A stretch of 64,000 nucleotides of DNA from Dipteris shenzhenensis (lineage: Eukaryota). Positions 12,801 through 25,789 of this stretch are shown here, piece after piece (positions within the stretch are counted from its first letter, which is position 1; each line of letters starts with the position of its first letter). Position numbers and translations under genes: made by a program. Where the stretch lies: assembly GCA_047967505.1 (NCBI GenBank), contig CM106538.1; one strand, 5' to 3'. The notes beneath the pieces were generated by a model. That model made no database searches. It was not told the DNA's origin and saw nothing but the letters and a program-made list of their open reading frames with translations.

Positions 12801-15800
12801 AACAATGAGCATTTTGGCACAATTGCATTCAACTATTACTTACAATATCACCTGCACCTACAGGTAAGATCATTGATCATGCCTTTATTTCTCTCGTCTT
12901 TGTTTTCTACCCATGCTAGAAGTACCAAGATTAGCCAGTCTGACACAAGTTTTTTGGTCTGGAAGTTGGATCTATCCTTGGACGGGGAAATACGTTATAT
13001 TACATTGTGTGTTTGCAGCTTTCTGAGGCAGCTGAGTATGCGAGGACAAACAAAGTAGTGCTGAAAGGAGATCTCCCTATTGGGGTTGATCGTCATAGCG
13101 TTGATACCTGGGTTTACCCTACACTCTTTCGGATGAATGCATCCACTGGAGCACCACCTGATTACTTTGACAAGAATGGGCAGAATTGGGGTTTCCCAAC
13201 GTACAACTGGGAGGAAATGTCTAAAGACAATTATGGCTGGTGGAGAGCACGGTTAACACAGGTCCTCTTTTTATTCCTTCTGTAAATATCTATCTATACC
13301 TGTGAGGTTTGAAGGTACCATTGTCATTGTGAATGGCTTCATGTTTATGTTTTGCAGATGGCCAAATATTTTACTGCTTATAGGATTGATCATGTATTGG
13401 GCTTCTTTAGAATCTGGGAACTGCCAGATCATGCTGTTACTGGTCTTATGGGGAAATTCAGGCCTTCTATCCCATTGAGTCAGGTTTGTTTTCAATCATT
13501 TTTTGTTTTACCTGCTGAAGAAAGCAATGATAAAAACTCTCTCCTTTTTTGTCCCACAATTTATTGAAAAGAGTATATGATTGCAGGAGGAGTTGGAGCA
13601 TGAAGGAATCTGGGACTTCAACAGATTAAGCAAGCCTTATATCCGTTGCCATATTCTACAGGTATGCCTTAAGAGTGTTTTTGTATTGGTTTGCTGAGGA
13701 CTTCACCATTTTTCCTGGGGCGAGTTTTTTATGTGAAGCCCAAATGCCTATTTTGACCCAGTTGTTCTTCTTACTGTTTTGTATTTACAATGTGGGTGTT
13801 CTAAAGGTTTTACTGGCATCATTATCAGGAGAGGTTTGGTGAAAGGTGGGCTGACGTGGCTTCAAGGTTCTTCAATGAATATGAACATTTATGCTATGAG
13901 GTAAACATGTCCGAGCCATTCGTTTTACTTCATGTTTTAATCATGTTAACATTTTAATTTCTCTGTTCAATTATACTGGGACCTTCTGTGAAACTGTGTG
14001 AACATATGTGCATTGTACAAAATGTGGATTTTGAAGTACTATGCCCATGAGGATAGGTCAAGTGGAGGTGTGTTACTTGTTTGGCTAAACTATTCAATGG
14101 ATATTATGACATCGAGCAAATTATAGTTTTGTGAGCTGGTAGAGTACACCGGTCAACAGGATTCGTGTAATCTATTGCCTTCAATTACTTTCTCAAGCTG
14201 TATGACCTCATGAAATTTTAAATGTTGAGAATTCTCAACTATCTTTTGTTAAAAGAATGGATGAATGATATGCCAGAATAGATAAAAAGTATGGACGAAT
14301 GGTAAACGAATAGATACCTAATTGGGGATGTTTAGGAGATTATGCAAGATAAGATTTACTAAAAGTCAAACTGAGATTTTTTCTTTTGAGAACGGAGTTG
14401 GAAAAATTTTTGTTGATAAATTTGAGTGTGTGCAGTTCAAAGAAGAGTATAACACAGAGAAAAAGATAGTTAAGCACTTGGAATCGAGCATAGAGTCTGC
14501 TGATAGCTTGGTTGGGGAAGTGAAAGACATCAAGCTGAAGCTTATTGATCTTATCCAGGTTCCACAACTGTACATCTGTTAATATGTCTCAGAAGTGATT
14601 GTTCTCCAGTTGTCTGGTATGGTACTGTCTGTTGGTCTGTAGGTTACTTTTGCATGCTTAACATCTAGAATACTGTTGTGTATTGTAGAGCAGTACTTGA
14701 TTTTTTTACAATCAATTGTTTCTGAGCATGCATTGCTGGTTTCTGCTTGATGCCTCATTTGTGAAGTGATTTGATCAGGGGCATTTAATAAAATCTAAAC
14801 TACGTCTGGGTCAATAATGCCAGGAAGTAGTCCTCCTACGAGACCCAGAAGATCCGAGGAAATTCTATCCACGATTCAACCTCGAACAAACTGCCTGTTT
14901 CAATGAGTTGGGTGATGACAGGTAAGCCAGTGAGCATGGATCAATTCTTATGCATCCATACATTTGGTCTTTCCATCAAGGAAATACATATGTAACTCAT
15001 GTGGACGATGTTCTGTGGATTTGAATCTATTTTAAAATAGTTCCATTTCTGTGCACTGTTACCTCATGAGGAATTTAATTTCTCTTGAATCACATTGCAT
15101 ATTTAAAATTTGATCTTTATATGATGACATATTGACGTACTGCAGCAAGCATGTGCTACGACGTCTCTATCATGATTACTACTTTCAAAGACAAGAAGGA
15201 ATGTGGCGTGAAAATGCATTGAAGACCCTTCCGGTTTTACTAAATTCATCGGACATGCTTGCTTGCGGGGAGGATCTGGGCCTGATTCCTGCATGTGTAC
15301 AGCCTGTAAGTCACAACTATATAGATCTAATGTTTGATTTGCATCATTTATACCATTTTTTAAATGTTACACTGGATTCAGTTATTACTTTTTTGCAATA
15401 TGCGATGAGCGTCTTTGGCTGCATTCCAGGTTCTACAAGAGCTAGGTCTGATTGGCCTGAGGATTCAACGGATGCCAAGTACACCTGGTCTTGAGTTTGG
15501 CATCCCTGCTAATTATGAATATTCTACGGTTTGTTACTGCACTAAGTCAAAAAATAATTCAATAATTCAATAATGAAGCTAAATGATTGTATTCATCAAT
15601 TTCCATTATTATTAAAAGCTGGATGCCGGCAGGTTTGTGCACCTTCTTGTCATGACAGTTCCACACTACGGGCGTGGTGGGAGGAAGATGAAGGCCGGAG
15701 GGAGAGACTTTTCAGGGATATACTCGGTTTTGGTTGTAAACCTCCTGCTGCCTGTGCTCCAACAGTTGTTTATGCTGTTATTCAGCAACACCTGGAAGCC

Positions 15801-16509
15801 CCTTCAATGTGGGCAATCTTTCCATTGCAGGTAACTCTTCCACTTTGCCAGGTAGGGACTTAGTGAGGAATTAGATTGATGATGGTATGGATTACTGTTG
15901 AAAATTTGTTCACTGTTGTGTAAATGAATATATGTTCTTCAGGACATCCTGGCACTTAAAGGAGTGTATGCAGAGTGCCCCGCAAAAGAAGAGACTATTA
16001 ATGATCCAACTAATCCTAGACACTACTGGCGATTCAGTAAGCGACTTGTACTTAGGTTCATATGTTCTAAAAGGAATTAGGTTGAGCTAAGGCATTGGTT
16101 TGGATTAATGGGATTTATTGTTTCTGACAATGGGCATTGGTGGTGGCATTGAACAGGATTGCATGTGTCGTTGGAATGTCTTCTTAAGGACAGTGAGCTC
16201 AAAAACCTACTCAGGGAATTGGTAGAGACTAGTGGTCGCTCCATTCCACCCTGCTCTTCTGTCACAAAGAATGCATCTGGTACACCCATTGTGAGTGTAC
16301 AGACTAATGGTAATAGTCACTATACTGACCAATCCTGGATAGGAGATACTCTGAAAACTAATGGATTTGAAGAAAACGGACACACTGATGTACAACATAT
16401 ACATGACAGTTTAAGTAAGGGGAATGGACATACTAAAAGTGGTCCCTACATGGACAGAAAGTTCTTTGGGGACAGATATGCTGCAAGTGTGGACTCTGTA
16501 GCCATATAA
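6832..16509 (+). CDS. DPE2: 4-alpha-glucanotransferase / disproportionating enzyme 2 (GH77, two N-terminal CBM20); 22 exons, ~1023 aa
   Basis: Hand-spliced exons: 6832-7188, 8502-8643, 9285-9340, 9778-9905, 10167-10293, 10486-10682, 10923-11001, 11124-11162, 12138-12257, 12383-12484, 12780-12863, 13019-13261, 13358-13483, 13587-13661, 13829-13900, 14436-14558, 14824-14921, 15146-15305, 15430-15528, 15633-15830, 15943-16036, 16157-16509. Total 3072 nt with consistent phases. Motifs: RIPYFTHWG (CBM20), PWRGAGLAVPVFSIRS, QLLPVNDT..WWDSYPYSSLSVFALHPLY, LKGDLPIGV, GAPPDYFDKNGQNWGFPTYNW, the GH77 catalytic motifs YRIDHVLGFFRIW, CGEDLG and SCHD, and INDPTNPRHYWRFR. Confidence 0.96.
8731..8928. repeat. 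Tandem duplication of a 95-bp unit in DPE2 intron 2
   Basis: TTTTTGTGAATGTCCACGCAATG...GACCTCTTCGTTA starts at 8731 and 8826, with two substitutions seen between copies. Confidence 0.9.
9906..10166 (+). other. U12-type (minor spliceosome) AT-AC intron, intron 4 of DPE2
   Basis: 5' site ATATCCTT at 9906, branch site TCCTTAAT at 10149-10156, 3' site ...GTAC at 10166. Removal restores the in-frame FPLR-YKYIVK junction in the second CBM20. Confidence 0.9.
11205..11530 (-). mobile_element. Fragment related to the Gypsy LTR at 54205-55333, in DPE2 intron 8
   Basis: GTGGAGAACTC.TCTCCCTC.TAGATCAT, GCATAGGAGTGGGAGAGGAAGAA, the (GGA)n tract and GAGAGGATGGGTTGCAAGGTTGGAGGAG are colinear with ~54545-54825. 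Confidence 0.75.
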
Positions 16510-17639
16510 GGTAGTAAAAGAGTATTAATCTAGGCCACAGCTAAAATATGCAAGGCAATTCTTGTAAAAGAGACTATTATGCTGTCATCGTTCCATGGAT
16601 GACTCTGGGGCACACTTTGTGATAGGATTTGCGAATTGAGGATGACGTTACACCCAAATTCATTTTCCTGCCAACCAAATGGAGGCAGGACTTACCACCC
16701 TGGAATGAGGACACACTTGGAGACTCTATTGTACTGCATGCAACAATATTCTCTGGGCCAGGTTGAAGGTTGTCTCAATAGAGCATGTGTACTTGGCCCA
16801 AATTGTACCAAAGAAAAAATATCAAGGGAAAGTTATAGTTACGGCTTATGAAATAAGACTGGTAATGCCTTAAGAAATAATATACTTAATTTGACATGAT
16901 GCCCTTCTTTAGCCATTTTAATTGTCTTCTTTATCACTTTCTACTCCATCAGTCCCCACTTTGCTATTGCGATTGCTTCGAAATTCCTTTGAGCTTCTCT
17001 TGCAATTTGTCCACGTCTAATCTCTTGCCCTAGGTTGCACTCTCGCTAGTCATGGAGGAATGTATGTTTGTGGGTCTCCCTTCCTTATCTAATCACTCAC
17101 AGCCTTCATGAATGAAGATGTGAGGGGGTTTCTGACAAGAAAGCATCTCATGCAATTTGTGAAGCTTTGATGGACATAGGTTTGGAATGCGCAAGTAGTG
17201 GAGGAGATTCTCGACTCCTACGACATCGAGGACCTAGTGTCATCATCAGTGGAATGCAGATCTGGTTGTGCACGGAATTGTTAGGGAGGTGTTTTGTTTG
17301 ATCCTTCCGGTCGCGCAGCAGAATTGGTAGACATCAGACAATGTGAGGGCTTGGAAGAGTGCAGCTACTTTTTTTCACAGGGGTACCTCATGTATAAGTC
17401 CCTCTACGATGGTGTCCGCATATTTTACCGATTCATTTGAGAGTTCGAGCTCAAGAAAACTAGATGCTATGTGCTTTGCTAGTTTGTAGCATGGATAGTC
17501 GTTGTCTTTCAAAATGCCCAAAAGATAGATTGGCTTACCATTTGGCATTGCCAAAATTAGCTACTATAACTTAAGAGAAGGAGAGGATTGATGAATTACA
17601 TACATTCTTCCCTTGCAGAATCACTCTACTCATTCAAAT

Positions 17640-17995
17640 GCATAATGCTTTTTCCTAGCTGGTGTTTGTATATTATCTAATGAAGGTGCCCAATCAATAT
17701 CAATGATGCTTATGGATTATATGCACCATCTTCATGTCTTGCTCAAAGGGGATCAAAGAGGAAAATTGCATGATGTGTATCCTCTTTGTACTTAAAAGAC
17801 TAGGTGAATCAAGCTATACAAATTAAGACTTTAAATACAACTTTGTTGTAATTGATAAAGTTTGTACATGATGGTCTATGTCCCATATATCAACAAAAGT
17901 AAAAAATGCTATAGGAAGGACAATTAATTAATGTGGGGTAGATTGACAGGGATGAATAGGAAAGGGAGAAGGTTTAATTAACCTAAGGGGGGGAG
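17640..17995 (-). repeat. Unclassified dispersed repeat, inverted copy of 2790-3150
   Basis: The reverse complement aligns by eye along ~350 bp with 2790-3150, with moderate divergence and indels. Confidence 0.7.
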
Positions 17996-18723
17996 GATGA
18001 GAAATGAGAGGCCTTTCTCCAATGATGTTGCATTAAGGTCCCATAAGATTTAATGCCAATGACATGCATGTAAGGAAAGTGGATTTTTAGAATAGTCATG
18101 TAATATATACAAGAGGGGTTCTTTATATTTCTAAGTAAATTTATGTATAATATATTGAAATTTATGTATAATATATTGAAAGGTTATAATTTCTATAGGA
18201 TCAGACCATGTACAAGGGTTTTTAAAATATATTCTAATATGCATGCAACAGAGTTTGCTATAGCACAAGTGGATCACAAGACTATGGTGCACAACATTGC
18301 ACCATCAGATGAGGATATTTGGACCCGCCCCCTTGTAGTGATGCATATTAATTCACCCCTGCTTACTTTATCTTAGTGATTGAAGCTCCCACACATGATT
18401 TATGTGGTCTTGAGGTTGAATCTCTCTTCTATATGCTCTCTTCCTTGTGCTCATATATGTTGGCCATGGACCCGAACATGGGATGTACTCGTGTCTTGGT
18501 TAATTGGCCCAAGCAACTAGAAGGGGATAGATTAACCACATCAAATATTCTGAGGATATGTAAGATAAATGGGAAATGTGGTAGGATTTAAATGATTGCC
18601 ATGTACATCACGATTTATGCAATTTCGATCCCTAGGATCGAACTTTTGCCCAAATGAGCCAAATTTTGATCCTAGGGATTGGGTTATGAAACAAAATTCA
18701 AATAGTCAACTTCTAATTTAGAA

Positions 18724-18880
18724 GTCAAAAGTGGGTCATGTAGCATATCAAGTTGATTAACAAGACATGACTCATCTATTCATCCCATGTTTGACCATTG
18801 GGTCAAAAGAGGGTCATGTAGCATATCAAGTTGATTAACATGACACAAGGCATCTATTCAGCCCATTTGTGACCATTGGA
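18724..18880. repeat. Tandem duplication of a ~78-bp unit
   Basis: GTCAAAAG.GGGTCATGTAGCATATCAAGTTGATTAACA...CATCTATTCA.CCCAT...TGACCATTGG occurs at ~18724 and ~18802. Confidence 0.85.
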
Positions 18881-18959
18881 ATCAGTACATGCCAGTGGCC
18901 AAGAGTAGAGTGGTACCTTCTTCCACACAAGCACTACGGGGTGAAATCAAGAAGTCATC

Positions 18960-21700
18960 TTGTTTTGTTGAGGCAAGTCGCTGCATCAGAAAGTCATCGC
19001 ATTAATGAAGTCGCCATGTTAATGAAGTCACTGCATTAATCAAATCACTGCGTTACCCAAGTCACTACTATATCTGACCCACTACGTTATGGACTCATTG
19101 CATTAGCAAGTCATTGTGTTAGCATGCAATAGCAAGTCGTTGCGTTAGCATTAATGCAATGACAAAAAATTGGCAATTGGCCAACTGCAGATTTAGAAAA
19201 AATGATGAAATTTGCATGCTATATTTGACCCGCTGTGTTATTAACTCATTGTATTAGCAAGTCGTTGAACCCACAAGGGGCTGCCACCCATTGACCCTGC
19301 ATCGAAGGAGAATCAACTTAGAACTGGGGCCTCAATTTTCCTGATCAACACATGCACTGCAGATCAGAAAGAGTCCTAGGAGCTAACCCTCAGCCTTAAG
19401 ATAGTGCCTTAAAAACCCTCTTATCAACCGACACATCTAGCTCTACATCGTTAGGGTTAGAAAACTCAAAAATTGGTTCTTACCCCTTACACAAATGACC
19501 AAAAGGTAACATGTCTAGCTCAAAAGAGTCCTTGAGCCTCGGAGACACAGAAGAATCCTGCAAAGCTAGAGACAGTGGCTCCAAGCACTAGCTTTAATGA
19601 TTCCCAATCTTCTACCCCATCTAAAAGAGCTAGGTTAAGGGAAACCTTTTACAATTGTATGGGCAGGCTTGGACTAACAAAATGAACATACATGCTAAAC
19701 CCATTTGCTAGGGAGAATGGGGTGCCAGCCCAACCATTGATGCTAGAAGTAATTAGAGAACCAAGTCCCATCATATCTACTATTGGAAATCAATTTCCAC
19801 CACGTCCATCCTTTAATGAAAGCCAATTATATAGAAGTGAATTTGGCCCCAGACTCCCCCAAGAGTTTCAAATGCCAAAACAAAGTGGACAATAGAGTGG
19901 TCGAAAACGTCAAGAGATAAGAGACCCTAAATCTAAAGTCCCTTCATTTCCTACTTCATCACAAAATATAGGAGGTATACCATAACCACCAACTGGCCCT
20001 TTTATGCCTGTGTCTGGGGTGAGCATGACACTTGTTGTAAGACCTCCAACCCAGCCTATTACTCCCAACTAACCCCAAGTCACAATACAAATACCTAGTG
20101 GGCTAGGATCCTGCAATCCTACTTTTGACAACCATACACATGGAACCCTCCACTGAGACCACCACTGATAGAGCAAGGTCTCCATATCCTCAATCTTTTG
20201 CCTACTCCACAAACAATACTTACCGATGAGGCAATGAGAATCCTAGTGCAATCCCTAGTAAGGGGGGCCATGCCTCCAACATTTACGAGCGAAGACCAAA
20301 ATCCTTCTCTAAGTTAATCACCAAGTTCTTAGGGGAAGGAGACCCAGTCTCCCATGTTGAGCACTTTGAATAGATCTGTGAGACATTCGGTGATATTGGG
20401 GATCTGGGCAAGGTTAATGATTTTGGCTTAAGCCTTGATGGCAAAGCTAGACAATGGTTTAGAGCACTAAATTTAGAGGAGAAAATTAATTAGGACATAC
20501 TGCAAAAGTTCTTCGTATGGGGTTTGCCCCTAGGGATCCGAGTGGAGTCCAATCAACCCACTCTATGAGGTGAACCAAAAAGAGACCGAATCTCTTTGGG
20601 ATTATATTGATAGAACAAACACTTGAACTTCCATTATGAACCTCATGAGAGGATAAGTAATGCAGAACTATTGCCAAGCTTCCTTATAGGGGTCAGTTGG
20701 ATTGTAAGCTTCATGACCATATTTTTATCATGAATCCCAAGTCATTTGAGTTGTGTAGCAAGGCTATTGTGCATTTAGATGACAACATTAAAGAAAAAGC
20801 CTAAGGAGAGAAGACCACATCCACCTCCTTTGAAGTATCCTAAAACTTGAAGCCCACTACTTCAAGTGAAGTCAAGGAGACAACCCCTCCCCACCAAGGG
20901 TGTGAATATGGAGGAACCAGCTACTAATTTATTAAATCAAGTAAGCCAACAAATAGAGGGAGGGATGGACATGAAGCACCTAGTAATCCCCATCTATTCC
21001 CAAGTTGCAATAATGTATGGTCTGGGATCTATACTAGGAATCATTCCACCAATGAGTGCCTTCGCCTTCGGGCAAGACCAACACTCAATTGTGCCCATTA
21101 TGCATGATGGGGGAATCATGCGACATCACAATGTCGATATCCTAAGATCATTTCCTAGACAATGTACCAACAATAACCATGTCCTATTTTGCCTGCACCA
21201 GAAAATCCATACCAATTAGCAATACAAGGAGGCCGTTTGGCCAACCAAGGGCCATATAGGGCTCAAAACCCCCCATCACCACCACTTGTTCTATGCCCTC
21301 AACCCCCACTAGCACGAATCATTCCCATGAATCAATTATTGGTGGAGAAACTACCTAGTCATTGGAAGTACCCTTGTGCACTGGATGTGGAGTTGACCGC
21401 CTCTATAATGATTGTTCAAGATAGAGTCTAGTAGCACCAACCATTTCATCTAAGAATGCAACTCTTAATCTTCTCAGCATTGAGAGAGGCAAAGTGTCCT
21501 TCGTACCCTTAAATGTAATTACAAGGGCCCAAGCTAAGGCACTTAGCAAGGAGCTTTGTAAGCAAGACGAAAGAGATAAGGCCAATACATCGTAGCCTAG
21601 AGAGGTAAATAATAAGGGTGTAGTTAAGGTGGGAACAGGTTCTAACAAGGTGATTATCCAAAATGGATCAGATGAGCACACATCCACCTTTTCCACCTCA
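18960..21700 (+). mobile_element. Decayed Ty3/Gypsy (Athila-like) 5' UTR plus gag remnant
   Basis: Degenerate AAGTCAYTGCATT repeats are shared with the host 5' UTR at 27230-27500 and 33020-33180. KFLGEGDPVSHVEHFE...LSLDGKARQWFRAL at ~20323-20470 matches the gag of the 2002-aa ORF. Zinc-knuckle remnants lie at ~21005-21140 and ~21376-21415. Confidence 0.75.
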
Positions 21701-21719
21701 TCCTCTTTTATTCATACTA

Positions 21720-24000
21720 CCTTAGTCGATAGGTATGGGGGAAGGTATGGTGGATAGTATTGGAGTTAGGGAGGGATGTGAGTAGATCAGAATAGAGAGT
21801 GGCAAGATAGGGGAGATTAGATTGAAGGTAGACCACATATTCCTCAGGCAGATCCTTGTCACTTCTAGTAGGGATTGACAGCTTTAATGTTGGGATTTTC
21901 TGGGAGTTATATCCCATGGAAGTTGCTAGTGATGGTTGCCGTAAGGGTAGGAGTCCGGCTACTACCCAAAGAGGGGGGCTTCCCATCAAGCATTCATATA
22001 GTAGTATTGCATCAGTCTTTAATCGTATGAGATTTACATGCACTAAGAGATAAAACACATTCTTCTCATCTTCATCCATATGCTGGCATAGATCTTGGAG
22101 AGTCTTTGTGCTTATTGGTCTCGTCCAGATACTGCATGTAACATTTTGATTTGCAAGTGTTTCTAGAGTATGCATATTCTTCCTTCAAGGTGATCCTCTT
22201 GTTGGAGGACTGCAACAAGCTCTTGGTATAAAGTAGTGATGCCTTGTAGCAAAAGATCTTGTGCTGACCCCTCCGCATCATCATCGGCTTAACTTAGTAG
22301 TTGAATTTTCAACTTGGAAATTATTGCCTTTTGATTTTGCCACTCCATGCACTTGTCTTTATACTTACCCAATGTGGAGGTGTATGCAAGCTTTGGACTA
22401 TTGAATTGTTGAGCTGCTTTTGGATACCTTGAAAATTGATCATTAAGTGTTGCTGCATTTGTTCTGCCATGCTATCCTTGAGCTTAAGAGTTTCAGTCTC
22501 GGCAGTTTGCAACTTGGTTTGGAGTGATGGGAGCATTTGTCTTTCCATTTCTCTTTCCTGCACATCTGACGCCATGATAGCAAATAATTGAGACCATTGT
22601 TGTAACTGTAGGCTGTGATGTATGGTCTAGAATGTGCTATGGCCTTGCTTGTATTGGACATACAATTGACTCCCATGTGCCCATGTGGAATTTTGATCTA
22701 TTTCTTGAACAATAGTCTATTGTATGGTGCCACTAGAGACATTTGGGGGTTGTGACTCTAGAGTCGTGGAGTCATCAATGTTGGTGACTTGTGATTCTTC
22801 GAGAGGCATGCTATTTGGCTCTCTTGCAAAGTCATTATGTGGCATGGTATCCTCTTGGATTTCCATGCTGGAGTCCTTCTGTTGCGGGAGCAAGACTGAA
22901 CTGAGTTGCAGTATTCTTTGGCATAGTTCCACATCGTCATTCTTTGGAATCTGTTTGGATTGTTGCCCATCCATGTTATCTGCATTGAGAGTAGGTGGAG
23001 GGTCTAATTCCCATTCTGGAAATAATATCAATGTTTCAAAGTCCTCTATATCTTGTGTTGAGAGGGGTGTAGAGTCTTCCTCTTGCTCTATTGCAAACCC
23101 AATTATTATGGCCAATAGATGGGCAATGTAGCTTTTGCCATTATGTGTAGTGGACACATAGTTGGTTAGCAGCAAGGATATGTGTTGAGCCCAATCTTGT
23201 AGTTTTGCTCTACCAAGGAGTGTAAGAGTTTTTACTGACATATAGTTTTTTCTCACTCTTGTATGATTAAAAATGTCAGCAAGAAACTTAGCTACCTCTT
23301 TGCATATGGGATCCAGAATCATATCATGGTGTATTCTTCCACTTTGTGACTTTGTATTAGGTGGGAATAAATCTTGAATTTTAGAGAATCTTGCATCCAA
23401 ATGTTTCTTCATATATTCTTCTTATGCCTCTACAAAGGAGAAAGCCTCTTGCATAGTGGATCTATTGAGGTAGATTTGTAAGGGCTTTTCTTTATATGTT
23501 ACCGTGCCATACTTATCTTTCTCCAAACTCTGTGCTTTTATATGATATTATGAATTGGCAAATGTATTCTGTCATAGCAAGTGTTGGTAAGAAGGATCTT
23601 AGCTTCTAAAAAAGACTACCTATCCCTTTGACTGCAAGAAGTTGTAAGCATTGGGTGACATGGCGAATGTTGAGACTCATGGCCATACAAGCTGTATTGT
23701 TCCATTTGTTGCTAGCTCTTTGTTGGTCTGATCATCAAGGTGTTCTACACCTACATCTTGCATAGTCAATTGCTCTGCCTCAATTTCTCCTGCCTCTAGG
23801 ATCCTTTGGTTTTGTGACATATCTTTTTGGTGTGTTGCATTTATTTGCTCAGCAGTATCATCGTCTAGAACCACTAGCTATGGTCGTTTTGGTGCTGACC
23901 TCTAGGTCGGTGATTATGAACCATGTGCTTCTTTAGGTTGGTGATTTGAAGAGGGCTATTGAGGTTGAGGCTTGGGCCGTTTGGCATGGTGTCACTTTGT
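21720..24000 (-). pseudogene. Decayed extra ORF downstream of integrase in a Gypsy relative (unknown function; coiled-coil-like segment)
   Basis: A run of same-strand ORF pieces (23677-23874; 22717-23412, 231 aa; 22321-22575; 21717-22175) lies directly 3' of the integrase tail at 24400-24955. No domain is recognised with certainty. Confidence 0.5.
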
Positions 24001-24384
24001 CAATGGTGTTGTAGGCCTTTTCCCCATTTTATTGGATTATCTTCATCCTTGCATTGCACACTTGAATTAGGTCCCAGTTTGACAGTGCCAATATAGTGCC
24101 ATGTGCTAAGAGTGCCTGTTTCTTTTGTGAGTGACTAATGCATTTTACTCTTTTTGTGATGAGGGTTTCGTGTATGTGGATCAAAACAAGTATCTCTTGG
24201 GGCTTTTATTTGTGCAATTTATTCATGGTGCTCGAAACGTGTGGGTGTGCTAGTGAGGTGGGCATTCCTCCTATATGCTTAATTTGCTAAGGGAATCATA
24301 GGGCAGCTAGGACTCAGTGATCACCTCTGAGCCCTAGGTTGAAATCGATTGAAACTACCTATATGTGCGAAGGTGTACATATGC

Positions 24385-24955
24385 TAGTGAGTGCTCGTGA
24401 TACAATCTAGTCCCAACTTCATTATTGTTGGGGATGGCTTGCATGTTGATGTAGTAGTGCTTCAGTCAGTGGCTCCCATTTATTGTTGTTGTGAATGGGA
24501 CTCCATCCAGTGTTTCTAGCAGCACAGCTCTGATGGGATTCATTTTTTTGACTCTATAAGGTCCTTGACCTAGAAATTATAGCTTGCCTTTATGGACTTT
24601 GGTATTGTATAATAAAACCAGGTCACCTTCCTTGATGTCTTTGTCTTTGAGGTTTCTATTAAACCATGCCTTCTTCATTTTTTTGTTGTCATGGCATGGT
24701 AGGCAATTAATCTGGTCTCTGTATGCTTCTCTAATTGGTAGAGTTTTTCTTTCAATGATGCATGATCTCCCATATGTTCTTGTACTGCTATAAGTAGATT
24801 GGGTATTACAAATTCCAGTGGGACCACAACTTCGAGACCGTACACCAATTAAAAAGGTGTATTTCCTGTATTGACCTTGAGTGTGGTTTGGTATGCCCAT
24901 AAGGCTGCATTTAGTTTCCCTTCCCAATCAGAACGCTTTGGTTCTACTACCTTGT
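24385..24955 (-). mobile_element. Gypsy integrase C-terminal fragment, paralogous to ~56367-56960
   Basis: KAWFNRNLKDKDIKEGDLVLLYNTKVHKGKL. The nucleotides are colinear with 56367-56960, including the post-stop GTGAGTGCT.GTGATACAATCTA. Confidence 0.9.
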
Positions 24956-25049
24956 CTCCCCCATTTGATGAGATTTTATGATATGTCATAACGACACCCC
25001 ACATACCTCAGCCAATGAAGGTATGTTCTAACTTTCCTTAACCCCTGAT

Positions 25050-25590
25050 CTTCTGTGGGGGCTCTCAAAACATTTATCATATTAAGGGGTACCATGATGC
25101 CTGGCCCTTAGGATCAGGAGCCAACATCTTTGGTTCCCATCTTTTTAACCACGTATGTGGTTTCCAAGACATGCATCCAATTTTTGGAGAACTTAGGCTC
25201 TGGCAGCGGAGTGTACCAGTGCTCATCCCGATCCCCACCTTTATCTTCTTCATTATAGGCTTGGAACACATTCACCATGGTGGTTCTTTGAGTTGTATTT
25301 GACTCAGCCTCAAACATATTTCCAATCATCATAGGGTGTGCCTTCCAAGTGTGTAGGTTGATCCTCATAATTTGCTCATCCTTGTGTAGACTAATCTGAT
25401 TAGAGACCAATCATCCTATAGTGTGCATGAAGGGTCTACATAGGATAACATCGTAGCCATCTGGTTGCTCATGGAAATCCATCACCACAAACCAAACTCT
25501 GTAGGTGAGACCAAAGGTTTTGATCTTTATATCCCTTATAACCCCCACTAGCTAGGCTATCGCACCATCGGCTAATTTCACAATGGGAAC
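25050..25590 (-). mobile_element. Gypsy protease-region remnant
   Basis: KLADGAI...IKIKTFGLTYRVWFVVMDFHEQPDGYDVILCRPF resembles RLADDS...FTILDL..YQILLGRPW in the intact ORF. Confidence 0.6.
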
Positions 25591-25789
25591 ATACCACTCC
25601 CTAGAGGACCTCCAGTCCAACCTATTAGGCCCACCAACCCGACTCAAGTCACAATGCAAATGCCTAGTAATCCATGGAACCTTGCATTAGGACCACCAAT
25701 GTATGGGACAAGGCCCACCATTCCACCACCTCCTACTGTATCACAAATGGTCCTTATGGACGAAGCTATGAGAATCCCAGTGCGCTTTC

